NCBI RefSeq assembly: GCF_008831285.2 | Contig: NC_045138.2 | Location: 17,794,001-17,858,000, forward strand | Reading direction: 5' to 3' | Source of the DNA: Nymphaea colorata | Taxonomy: Eukaryota | DNA length: 64,000 nt | Shown here: positions 28,191 to 40,533 of the stretch, one piece after another | How the letters are laid out: the number at the start of each line of letters is the position of its first letter | How positions within the stretch are numbered: position 1 is the first letter of the stretch | Program-made: the position numbers and the translations under genes | Notes under the pieces: generated by a model | What the model was told of the DNA's origin: nothing | Database searches by the model: none | Seen by the model: only the letters and a program-made list of their open reading frames with translations

Positions 28191-30450
28191 CTTTGAAGCA
28201 ATTCTTCATTGCTTTAGCTTTTTGATAAAATATTAATTTGTCCACTAAACCTGAAGCATCCTCCAAGGTCCAACAAGAATCCAAGCCCAAGATTGGATCT
28301 TATGCCTGCTGGTCCAGATCTGGTTTGAGAAATTCGGGTCTAGGTTCGAGTTTCAGTCTTAATCCGATTTGGGGAGATCCGGTTATGTCGGTTCTGAAAA
28401 ACAATAGATGAGAAGTAGGTCCCAATAGTTTGCTTCCCTACAAGAAAAGTTTAGTAAGAGGAATATTACATTATTAGGAATCGGTGTTCTTAAAAGCACC
28501 ATGTTGTTTTATAAAACGTAATTAGTGTGATTATGAAATGCATGTATCTGTTAGATCCAGAAATAATTGTACCACATTTTATAATACAACTACAATTTAA
28601 ATGTCCTCTCTCTCTCTCCCTCCCGTTGTAAATGATCTAATTGGAGCTCAATTTTAGTTGGCCCAAACTCTATCAGATCCGGATCTTAAAAAGCATGATC
28701 TGGACTTGAAACTAAAAGGGTGTCAAGTAAAAGATTATTCTGAATAAAATCTCAACGAGACTTTATGTTGTTGCAATTTCCCTATTGTGTTGTCCTTGTA
28801 AGACTAGGATATATTGCCTCGAAAATAATATTTAAAATGTGCTTGGGTGACCGTTGAAATTGGGTTTTTAAATAGTTTAATTAAAAAATGATTTTATTCA
28901 CAGAAATTATTGTTTTTATTCATGCAAATATAAAAATTAGGTTTAAAAAACTGATTAAAGAACCGAATTATCACAAAACCTGGATTTCTAGAAACGTTGT
29001 TTTCTAAAATGTGTCATCCTGACTACGTGATAGAGAGGACCGACTGCTTCGAACCACAATCAACTAATTTGAACTGATAAAAGAACAATAAGCAAGGTTT
29101 GTCTTTTTAGAAAAATAATCAACTAAACCTTAAAAAGGAGGTAAAATGTGGGTATTTATACCCCCAATCAAAGTAAATAGAAAAATGAATATAACGTTTC
29201 CAAGAACGGATCCAAATAACCAAACTAAGAAATTTTCTGGCGAGATATTGTTTCACAGGTTTTCATACCTGAAGGGGCACTTACATGTATAACAAAGTAA
29301 ATATTAAACGAACTTCATGTAAAAATGAAAGAAAATTGAGAAGCTGGTCATATACGTGGCTCCGCCACTGGGAGGGCTGAACCTATGACACCTCTATCCT
29401 ATCGTCATGCGCCGAGACCTTCTCACTTGCACTTCATTTGGACCAGAGCTTCGATTCGCACCCATATTCGCATCGGTGCTCTCCAGCAACGTTCTCGTCG
29501 TGGATGGATCCCTGGATGCGTCTGGCAAATCCGGATCTACCAAGTCCCTCTGAGTTCGCTCTGCATCACATCCAAATGAACACAACCTTAAAAGTTTTTC
29601 TGAAAAAAAGAGAGAGAGAATCTACTAAAACTAGTATTACAGTTTTTTGTTATGCCTAGAGTTATATGTTTGACTCCTACCATGCGAGTGGGTGTTCTGG
29701 GGCTGAAATGACTGAAACACTCATAATCGTAAGAAAAGAGGAACCCTCTCTACAAGGACAGAAATAAACCCCCGAAAGCTATTTATGAAAAGGACCAAAA
29801 TGCCCTCCCCATGTCAATAGCGGATCCAAAAAAATTAGCGTACTTGTTTAAAAAAATACTCAAATCTGGTAAGACGCTTTTATATATATATATATATATA
29901 TTAAGATACATATTTCAGATTACTATTTAAAAATAAAAAACTTTTAATAGACTCGTGTGGGCAACTATCTACAGCAGTCACAATGTGGCGACCGCCACTG
30001 CTCCACATACAGTCGAACACGGGCATGTGTTTGGCCTGAGCATGGAAGGGAACCCTCTTTTGAGTAGGGCTTATCTCTACTAGTGGGACTTTTACCTAGA
30101 AATTCATAAAACATGGTTCTTATGTAACATGAAAATAAGGCAAGATGATTTTTTTTTTCTTTTTTTAACATGGTTAATAAACAGCATAAAGATGGCCCAA
30201 TCTGACAAAGTCATGCATGCAATTGATAAAGAAAAGGAACCATGCATTTGTACTGTGATCAATCCAGACCTTCAGAAAAGAGTAAATGAAAACCATGTTA
30301 GTTGTACCCAACAATGTGACTCTACATCCATCCAACTTCAATGCAATAAACAACAGGAGACAGTTACTATAGGAATTACATGGACTTCAACTCATTCCTC
30401 CAAGTAGGACTACAACTTTGCTATTAAATGGTTGTATGAGCCTTTAGACA

Positions 30451-33400
30451 TTAGTAAAACATTTTTTTTTCTTTCTGTTTTCTCTCTTGATACTGTGGAG
30501 AAGCCTGACAGCAGTGAACAAAACAAGAAGAAAACCCAAAAAAATTGGGATAAGTAGTACCAAAAGGGGGAGGAAAAGATGCTCATTAGTCATTATGTCA
30601 TGTGATATTATATGTAAACAACATTCAAGCTTGCTTTTATACATAGTAAAAAATAACGTCTCAAAGTTTTAAATGGCCAAGTTTTTCTCACGTATAACAC
30701 GGCGAGCTTGAAACAATGAAAAAAAATATAATAAACTTTTAAAATTTTAAAGAACTAAAAATGAAGAAAAATAAAATAAGTGAGAAACTAATAACACAAA
30801 GATAACAAGATAAGTAAATTTGCAACAAATAAAAATAGAAAATAAAAAAAATGTTTGGCATTAAAAAAATGAAAAAAGGTTGAAAAAATGCAAAAAACGT
30901 GTTAAAACCCCATTAAAAATGTGTTAAAAATACATTTTTTTCGTTTTATTTTTTTTTTTCAAAATAACGCGGTTTTAAAGTTTTAAATGTCCATTTAATT
31001 CATCTTGTTTTTCTACAAAATAACGCATTTTTTGTAATTATGATTTGATCTTACCTGCACCATGAAATGCTTATTTTCTGGCAAGTCAGTCCATTGTCTT
31101 CTTATATTATCTGTTGTCCTCTCTGCATCCAATCTTATGCCTTGAAGGCCTTTTCCAGCAAAACCCACAAAATATAAGCCATTCTGCCCTTTCCAATTGC
31201 AAGGAATTGTCTGAATCTTCTCATCCTCATCCTCTGAGAAAGAGTTGCAGTCCTGTTATCAAGAGATTGTTTAGGCCCCAAAGTAGTATATATAATAGAG
31301 AGAAAATGGTTGTCAGTGAGCAGTCAACAACAAGCTTCTCCTTTTGTTATGACATGCTGATATGAATATATGATGCAGAGATGATATATTGTAAAAGAAA
31401 GCATTTAACTAAGAAGAGTTTTATATTTATAGCAATGTCCTGGAAGCACATTCTTTAAATATATGGTGATCCCCTTTGTATATATTTTTGCATAACAGAA
31501 AATATGGTTAAGAAAATTAATTGGAACAATATATGTAATAGGTTTTATTTTTTTAAATAAAAGGAAAGAAAAATTGAAAAAATAGAAATGGGTACTAACC
31601 TTGAGCCATGATGAGAAGTCACTCTTGTAGCCTGTAGCTAGAATGATTGAATGGAATTCCAATTCCTTCCCATCAACAAACTTTGCTCCATTTGTGGTCA
31701 GTGTATCAATTGCAGCCATAATCTTTGCCATGGAAATCAAGGTGTGCAAGATCAGTAAACCACAGATTAAAAAAAAAAAAGTCTAATAAAAACAGAAAAA
31801 AGGAGAAGGAGAAGTCACAACAAGCAATGATAGCTATAACATCATTTAAAGCATGTTTTTCACTGTATAATCACTAAGTTAAGATGCTTACCTAATAATA
31901 ATAATAACGCTTTCAAGTGCAAAAGAGAATTGAAATCATATCATACATGAAACACCGACTACTCTCATTCAATAACGCTAAGAATAGGCAGAAACAAACA
32001 AGAAGACAATTAGTAGTGGATCCTATCTAGAAACCAACTTAAATCATCCGATAAATAATATCAAATTAGAAAATACCAACATGTTATGCAAATAAAGAAG
32101 TATCATATATATATCCCCATTTAGAGCCTTTCAGAGAGAGAGAGTATAAAATGAGAATGCATAACAAAATTTGAGAACAAGAAGTCCCATAAATACAAGA
32201 ACAAACCGCAAAAATAAAATAAAAGAACGAAATATACAAGACAGCAACACAATAAAATAGAATGGGAAAGAGAGTCCACAAAATGGAAAGATATTCCATC
32301 AAAGCAAAATAAGTGACAGACATCAACAAGATAGAAAACTCAACAAACAAATACTAAGATTAAAGAAAGGAAAGAGAGAAAAAGAGAGGACGATAAAATG
32401 GGAATGTATATCAAAATTTAAGAACAAGAGAGAGAGAGAGAGAGAGACCTTGATCTTTCTGCTTTTGATCATGGGTATTGCTCCCACATCCAAGACTGGA
32501 GTCTTTCCTGTTTTTCTTTTCAACTCTAGAGGCCCAATTTCTGGTCTTCTCAACCCACACTCCTGAGTGCAACCAAACATTCTCTCTGCCAAGAACACCA
32601 AAATCATGTCTACCATCTTCAATGGAAGCCACTTTGACAGCGCCATTGCAACCCTAAATGTTGAAACTCCAAACATGTCCCTTGGCAACACATGCACCTA
32701 AACCATTGAAATAATAATAATAAAAAAGACCCATTAATTATATTTCTAGTTTTTTCAATTATTCTACTTTTTTTTAGTTTTTTCCTTTTTCTTCTGATAA
32801 ATAACAAAAATATAAATGGCAAGAAGCCTTCCACTGATCAAGTTATCAACACCAATACCAACATTCGTGCAACTAAAAAGCCACATTTTCTTCCCCTTTT
32901 CACTTTAACTGAACAAATGTATAATAAAAAAATTTCAAAAATCCTCCGTTTAGATCAAAACCAACAAGAACACCAACAAAAAAAAGTATGGAAGTACTTC
33001 CAAACCCCTCATCGCTTCCATCAAGAAACCGACGAGGCGGCAACAGAAACTAACATGACTGCCGGAAATGCAGGGAGATCTTAGAAATTACTCGTTCTAG
33101 AACTACTTAAATTAAAGGATTTATTTCAAATTGAAGAGCATTTTCAACTTCGATATTCGCTGATGTAATTATATAACTAGCACGGATTTAATATACAGAA
33201 CAAAGAATCTGATCACTGTCGGGAGACACTTACACCATTCCTAACCACCATGAAAGGTTTGGCTCCGTGCTCACAGAGGTCGAGGCACACTTCCATGCCG
33301 GAATTGCCACAGCCCACGACCAGAACCTCCTTCCCCCGCAACCCTTCACCGTTCTTGTAGCATACAGAATGCACCACGTTTCCCTTGAAGGCCTCGCGGC

Positions 33401-34004
33401 CGGGGAGCTCCGGGAGGTCGGGCACCGCATTCTCGCCGGTGGCCACCACCACCCACCTGCACAGGTACTCAAATTCTGCCCCCATGATGGACACGTGCCA
33501 GAGGCCGGTTACGTGGTCGAAGGTGGCCGACTCAACGCATTGCCCGAAGCGCGGCCGGAGGTGGAAGTGGCGGCAGTAGGCGTCGAGGTAGGCGAGGAAC
33601 TGGTCGCGGGTGGGGTAGTCCGGGAAGTGGGCAGGGAAGGGCATGAAGGGGAGGCTGCAGAAGGCCTTGGGGAGGTGGAGCTTGAGGCGGTCGTAGGTGC
33701 GTTGATGCCATAGGGAGGCGATGCAAGACTCTTTCTCAAGGAGGAGGAAGGGGAGGTGGAGGAGTTGGAGGCAGGCGGCGGTGGCGAGGCCGGAGGGGCC
33801 GGCTCCGACGATGATAGGGCCGTTCACGTACACGCGCAGCCGTTGGCGGAGGGTGGTGGCGGAAGTCGATAGCTTGGAGAGAGATGGTGCCGAGGTTGGT
33901 GGGGGTTGAAGGTGGGGAAGAAGGCGGTGGAGCTGTCGAGGTTGTGCATCTTCTTCTTCCTCCTTCTCCTTTGAGAGTTCTGCGTCCAAGTAGAGGCATT
34001 CCAT
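30451..34004 (-). CDS. YUC: YUCCA indole-3-pyruvate monooxygenase (flavin monooxygenase), YUC1/4-like
   Basis: Exons 34004-33234, 32697-32449, 31722-31600 and 31252-31055, then either a small exon 30504-30451 or read-through to TAG at 31013. Motifs GAGPSG (FAD), [31 protein letters not shown] (FMO motif), GCGNSG (NADPH), GKTPVLDVG and ATGY. Confidence 0.95.
30642..31042. mobile_element. AT-rich MITE-like element at the YUCCA 3' end
   Basis: Imperfect terminal inverted repeat CATAGTAAAAAA / TTTTTTGTAATTATG, with repeated TAACG / TTTTAAATG motifs in both arms. No convincing TSD. Confidence 0.45.
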
Positions 34005-34925
34005 TCGCTTCTCTGCGCGCCCTCTCTCCTCTGTCAGTGGTAAGAGAAGAAGAATTAAGAGCTTAAGAACGTCATGTCCGTTTCATATAATTACGAGCCA
34101 ATTCCAAGTGTAGATGAATGAGTGATGAGAGTCGATACTTGGCATGAATTCAATATGAGGAAAAGGAAAGTACCGAAGAAAGTAAAGACAATGAAGTCGG
34201 AAATCTTCTCAGAATGGGACTCTCCGAAGTAGTAGATGCAGCGGGCCATGGCTGGTCAGATGGAAATGAATTCTCATGGACGTCACTCAATGCGCAACCA
34301 CGACAGATTACTGTTAGTTACCAGAAGAACGCAGTGCGATTTTTTCCCCTTCTAGAACAGAAACCAACAGCGTCCCATAAAAGAATAAAATAATGAAGAT
34401 CCAACCTCTCTTTCTCATCTTTCAGGCAAGCGAGACATATTGCCCCCCACTGCAGTGCATGTTTTTGGTACCAGGTGATGCTCCACTTCTTGTCGTTCAA
34501 CTTACATATCAACGACCATTTATTTCCAGCACACCTTCCATTTTCATATGATTACTTCAAATTTTTCATCAACTCCAAAGAGTAAAACCAAGTTTTTTTA
34601 GTGTGAATCTTGGCTCTAACTTAAAATCTTTAGTTAAATAACTCATACATTTTAATGTATATATATATATATTGGCTGATTACTGGTTTAAGTGGCATAA
34701 GTGTCAATCAACTCCGTTTTATTAATGGATCAGAGCTAGTGTAATAGTTGACATGCATTAGGAGTGCGTTACCAAAAACCAATCCAACCATAAATTCAAG
34801 GGGACAACGGAGAATGAGATGGATGTTTTGGCTCACTCGGTTGGTAGGATATTTTTCTTCTTTTATTTGCAATTAGTATGTATTTGAAGCACAAGCCAAG
34901 TTTGAAAAGATGAATGCCCTATTAT

Positions 34926-35354
34926 TAGGGATGTCAACGGATCAGATTCGGATCGGATATATCCTTAATCTGGATATTCACATATTTGGATTCGAATACA
35001 AATAAAGAAAGTCATATCCAAAATCCAATTTTTCAATTCAAAAACGATCCAAGTCTGATTATTGTATTCATATCCAAACTTGAATTAGAATTTTGAACTG
35101 GATTTTGCCAATTTTCAAAATGTAATAGCATTAGATACATGATCTTTGTCTAAAAATGAATATGTTCTGAATCGGTATCTGAATCCGTTCAGATATTTAT
35201 GTATATCCAGATCCGATCGGATGCCATTTATTAGAATAAATCTGAGTCAGATCCGATTTCTTAATCGGATATTAAATATTTTTTTTTCATGTCTGACTTT
35301 TTTGAATTGGTTCGATCAGATGTCCGATTCAAATTCGATATATTGACATCTCTG
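34926..35354. mobile_element. hAT-like MITE upstream of YUCCA
   Basis: Termini TAGGGATGTCAA / TTGACATCTCTG. Many ATCCGA/TCGGAT subterminal repeats. TSD degenerate. Confidence 0.75.
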
Positions 35355-36574
35355 CCCGTATGTGGGTGATAAGAACCAACAACCATAACCATTGGTGTCC
35401 CTTGACATCTCTACCCGTTTTGTTACAACTGAAGATCACCGGATTCTTGGTTGCCGCCGGTTTGGGATCGATATTGTGAGAACCAGGTCCATTTCTGTAA
35501 TGGAATCTGAAATCGCAGTAGTATCATAGGCAATATCATAGGATCAATCATATGGGACAATTACATTACTTTTACTAATCAAAATCAAATCATCAGTGCA
35601 GCGAACCCCACCTTATGCTCGGGCCAATAACGCCGCTTGCAGACTCCACTTAGAGATGGGTACGTGGGGACATATATGGTTGCTGATCCCAAATTGGATC
35701 CACTAATTATTCAGATCCGGTAAAGAAAACATGATTTAAATACTAAATGTATTTAAATAATTATTCATCGACGCACAAAAAAAAAACAGTTTTTTATAAA
35801 TTATGTGTAGTTTTTTCTCAAACCCATCAAATCAAATGTGACCGAATGGTCCTAAAATATCTGCAACATGTTAGACCCTACATTAGACATAAACCAGCAA
35901 TTACATGGTTTGCTAGTTATGTTCAAATTCACGGTTATATAAACATTAAATTCCACAGTTATATAAACGTTACTGATTATTCTGATAATTTATAAATAAT
36001 TTAAAAAATATTATTAACCATAAAAAATCGAAAAGAACAATAAACACCTCGATCGAGGTAATCGGCAAAGTCATTGGCAATGTCATAGCACGACACCGGG
36101 CGGCCCACATTGACCTTGGGCCCCATTCCGGGGCCTATGAGTTGTGTTCCCGACTTGGTTGACCACCGTATTACAAAAGTCCGCTACCTGACGGAGACCG
36201 GTCATCCAGAAATTATGATTCTGATTTTGCCCTCGGAGACTGAGAGTTGACTGACCTTGTAAAGACTGAAAGTTGACTTAGAAATCATCGAAAAATTTTA
36301 TGAATTCTACTCGATTCCAGGAGAAGACTGGTTTTATTTGGATTTACGATTTTCCGGATGGCTATGAGAACATGTACAAGTTGGAAGCTATTAAATACCA
36401 TAAGGTGATCCGAAGAGAGGTTCAAAGGCACTCCAATATTCATTTCCTTGGGTCCTGATGATAGCGGTGTACCTTTCAACTTAGGTACTTCAATTTGCCG
36501 TTCATATAAACCAAACTAGAGAGAGATGTGCATTCTCCTAACTCGACCAGTAATGTTAGCCATTGAGGTCTTAA

Positions 36575-36786
36575 GGTTGTGTTTGTTTCATTGTTATAAA
36601 TGAGATATGAGATATGTGGTGACCTGAGATCCTTATGATCTCAAATCCATGGATTTAAGAGAACTCTCTTCTCTCTTCTTTCTTTAATCCAACCTTCAAT
36701 CCATGCTACTAATATCTAATGAGAATCTCCCAACTCACTTTTTTGAGCAGTCTTGGAACGAAAATCTAAAGCTATCAAACACAACC
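36575..36786. mobile_element. Tourist-like (PIF/Harbinger) MITE
   Basis: Perfect 11-bp TIR GGTTGTGTTTG / CAAACACAACC flanked by TAA on both sides. Confidence 0.85.
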
Positions 36787-39708
36787 TAATCAAAAGGTTT
36801 TTAAAGATTTTTCATTTTATGGTTAACATATAAATTACTTGAAAGAAATGACTTTAATTTTTCTAATAAAATTAGATTTCATGGTAAGGAGCCGAGACAA
36901 TGGAGGCCGGCAGGAACCATAGGCCGTTTCCCTCAGATTTTGGAACTTTAAAATTTAAATGTACACATTTTTATTTTTTTCAGAATTTTCAGAAATTATA
37001 TTGACCCCTTTGTCATTTCCCCTCAGATTTTGAAATTTTTAAAATTTAAATGTACACATTTTTGTTTTTTTTTTTTTTCAAAATTTTCAAAAAATTATTT
37101 TGACCCATTTGGCCCTCTCAAGATAAAAATTTTGGCTGTCCGTGTTCATAGTAACACTTTTATACGCGGTTGAAGCAAATTATTTATCCTAAGAATGCCA
37201 AGAGATTGGCTACAACTTTTTTTCAGTAATTTTTTCACTAAATTACACTTTCACCTTTAATAATTTTATCTTTAATATGACATTTAAAAAGATAAAACAT
37301 AATTTAGTACAAGTAACTTTTTTTCTCCATATTAATGGGCCCTTATTTGACGATTTTCATGAAGAATATCAGTGCAGGTCTTATTAAAAAATCTGAAAAA
37401 GGTGGCCCTTTTTGCAAATTATGGACAAGAGGTAGGCCAAAAAATACGAATTTATTTTCCCAACAAAAAATCATTCATAAATTTATATTTTTTCAAATAA
37501 ACTGTTATGATGGTATAAGATTACCACTTTACCTTTAGAAACATTAGAAACATATCATATTTTGCCAATATATCAAATTTTTGTTGCATTTACATCCTGC
37601 ATTAATGGAAAAGATATCAAAGCATTTTTTTTTTTTAACAAGTTCGGATGACTTTTCCTCTTGTGATTGAACTCTAAATACTGAACACTGTGCTCTGAAT
37701 AAAAATAATGTCCTGAATATGCAAAGTTGAAACTTGAGTGTCACAAGAATAAAAAAACTCCTTATTCTGAAGATGACAATGGATTTGTATGGTTTAACAT
37801 TAGATTGTGGTTTTGAATGATCTGAAAAACAAGTTGTTAAAAAAGGCATACAAAACAAGATACACCATACATCAGGAAAGCTCTAAGATGTATCAAAAGT
37901 TAAGAATAAACTTTTAATAGCTATGAATGAAGAAAGAGATCGTTGAGTTCGTCTCACGATGTTTGGTGTGTCAACATGTTAAAGTTGAACATCAGAAACC
38001 GGGTGGCACTTGCCTCCGTCACGGCCCCCGTCAGCGCCCCTTGCCTCCACCCGTGCCTTAATGTAGTTTTTTTTTTTTATAGATAAAGACATCAATAAAA
38101 ATATAAAAATAAATTTAAAGTAAGACCCACATATACATCACCTAATTATAATTAACACATTGGTCTTTGGTCAAAGGCATTTCCATTAGTGGCTATCGAC
38201 TCATCATGTGTCCACAAGCCGTCTTTGACACATACCCAACGCCATTCTTACGCCTTTTTTTATTTTTAATTAAAAATGATTTTAGGCATCTTAAACTAAT
38301 TCAAATAATAAAAAAATGGGATAAACATGCGTCGTGCAAATAATATCCAATCAACAAGGGGGCAATACATGTCAAAATATATCTACAAGGAAAGATGTGA
38401 GAATCTTTTTTGCAGACAATATAGACCAATAAAAGGCGAGCGAAAAGATTACGATCCAACATAAACAGAGTGCCAACATAGTGTACCATCAAACATGGGA
38501 TAAATTATCTAAAAAATAACTTTTCTTATTAAAACTAAGGCAGTGGCAAAGATACACGAGGGCTGGTGTGGGTGGCGGCCCGCATGAACGCACCATCAAG
38601 GGTTTTATAGAAGATATATTGTCGAGATTTCAAAATTACATGGGGCGCCTACATCATACCTGAGCTAGTGACTCGATAAAAAATTTCTAATTTTTTGATA
38701 AGTGGGTAAAAAAGTAGCTTTGTCTAAAGAATGAACTACTGTGGATGACGACTCCAAGCTACCCAACGGCCCCTTTGGAGTCGGCGTTTCACAATGTTTT
38801 AAGCCAAACATATCAAACTCCACCACAGTGGCAGTTTTTTATTGTTTTTTCAAACAAAAGGCAACTTTTCAGGAACAAGTTACCCCCGGAATAAGTTCAC
38901 CTGTGTTTGGAAGACATTCTCCACTCCCAGCATAACTCCATTCAATTGTTCAATTTCACTTTTTACTAGTCTAATTTAATACAGTAAATCTTCGAATGAA
39001 TAGGATGTTAACAACCCACTGTCCGAATGAGACCCAAAGGCGCTTTGGTTCTTGAGCTAAGCGATACATCAAGATCGGAGAGTTTATATTACAATTTCAT
39101 TAAAAATCATGTTTTATGCGCCATATATAATTTTTTTAAAGTTTTAATTAAAAATATAACATCCTAATCATGTTTAGTTTTTTCTTTTAATTAATTCATT
39201 TTTACTTTTAATTTATTCTGTAATTTTTTAATTGGGGATTGGAATGTGCGAGGTAGGTGGGAGGATAAGCGGCTTCTCTTTAGCAGCCATGCCAGTTGCG
39301 TCACGTGCCACAATTTGAGAGTGGCCTTGATTTTCCACGTTCTTCCCATATTGCCCCCTCCCGCTTCATGCCAATAAGTAGTACATCGGATGCCGTGTCC
39401 ATCGCTTTCCCGTTAAAAATGCTAGCCACCGGTATTATAACGTTATCTTCATCGTGCGCTAGCTTGTGAAATAAACGTTTTTTTCCTTTTAAATTTGTCT
39501 TGGGAGGCGATATTTTTTCTGCTGTATAAAATTGGATCTGGACCTTTGGATCTAGTTCTGGATGGATCCAGTTGCAGCTGTTTGTTTGTCTTCTTCGCTT
39601 GTTTTTACAAAACCTAAAACGGTGGGGGTTAGTCAAGGGGTACATTTTGGTCCTTGACCTAAAAGGTAAGGGTACAATCGGGCACGGCAATGTTCGAAGC
39701 GAAAACAT

Positions 39709-39749
39709 GTCCAGATTCATTGGCCCGACCGTCCAGGTTCATTGGAGAC
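39709..39749. promoter_or_regulatory. Tandem EIL/SLIM1-type sites plus SURE core upstream of ATP sulfurylase
   Basis: GTCCAGATTCATTGG (39709-39723) and GTCCAGGTTCATTGG (39731-39745). Each contains AYGWAYCT on the minus strand. GAGAC at 39745-39749. Confidence 0.6.
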
Positions 39750-40533
39750 GGTACTGACATATATACCCCCAACCATTACTGATATGACCGTTTGAAGCCA
39801 AGAGAAATTTTGTGTCTGGTGAGAGGAAATACTCGCCATTTGTGTTAAAACTCTTAAAATACCGTGACGGTCCCTTTAGACGAGTCCTCACGTCTCGGTC
39901 CGATTCAGAAACAAATCAAACGCGTCATTATAGAACGGTCCGTGAAAGGCTCCCCAATATCGACCGGAATTTCAAAATCTGGGTGATATTGTGATTTTGT
40001 CGGGTTATTTTAACCTTTGGTTTATTTTAATATCCTTTTTTTTTTGGGGTCAAACAACTTGCATTTTTCTTAATATTTATATGTGCACTAAGTGTTGGGC
40101 TTGACTACTTTACTTGGTTGAACTTGGTATCAAGTTTATCTTCTTCTACAACAATTTGAAATTTGTTTCTAAGGGATGCAGTTTCATTTTCTTGGATCTA
40201 CTTTGGATTTGGATTTCTTGGGATTTAAGATCAGAAGTTATCTAAAATCAAATATCAGATGTAGATTCGAAATTTGTAGTGCAAAAAGATCTATTGTTTA
40301 TTTGTTTTGGTTACTACATATTTTGTTCTCCCGAGTCACAAGTTTCCGAACCGGTAATGTTCCGAGTCCCGAGTATGACAGGGACAAGTGTCCCTGTCTT
40401 TTGAGGATATCCTCGTAGCTGAATATTTTTGGGGAAGTTCCTCGTCATTTTGTGAATTGTCGAGAGTATCACTCGTCATCGGGTCTCTAATAAATGCCTC
40501 CTCGCTCTTGCTAGCAATTCGCTATCAGCGGGA

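Noticed and set aside
40419..40439. CTGAATATTTTTGGGGAAGTT resembles mature miR395 just upstream of APS
   Set aside because: Only 15/21 identity, with mismatches at positions 6-8, and no local star arm or hairpin. Probably chance.
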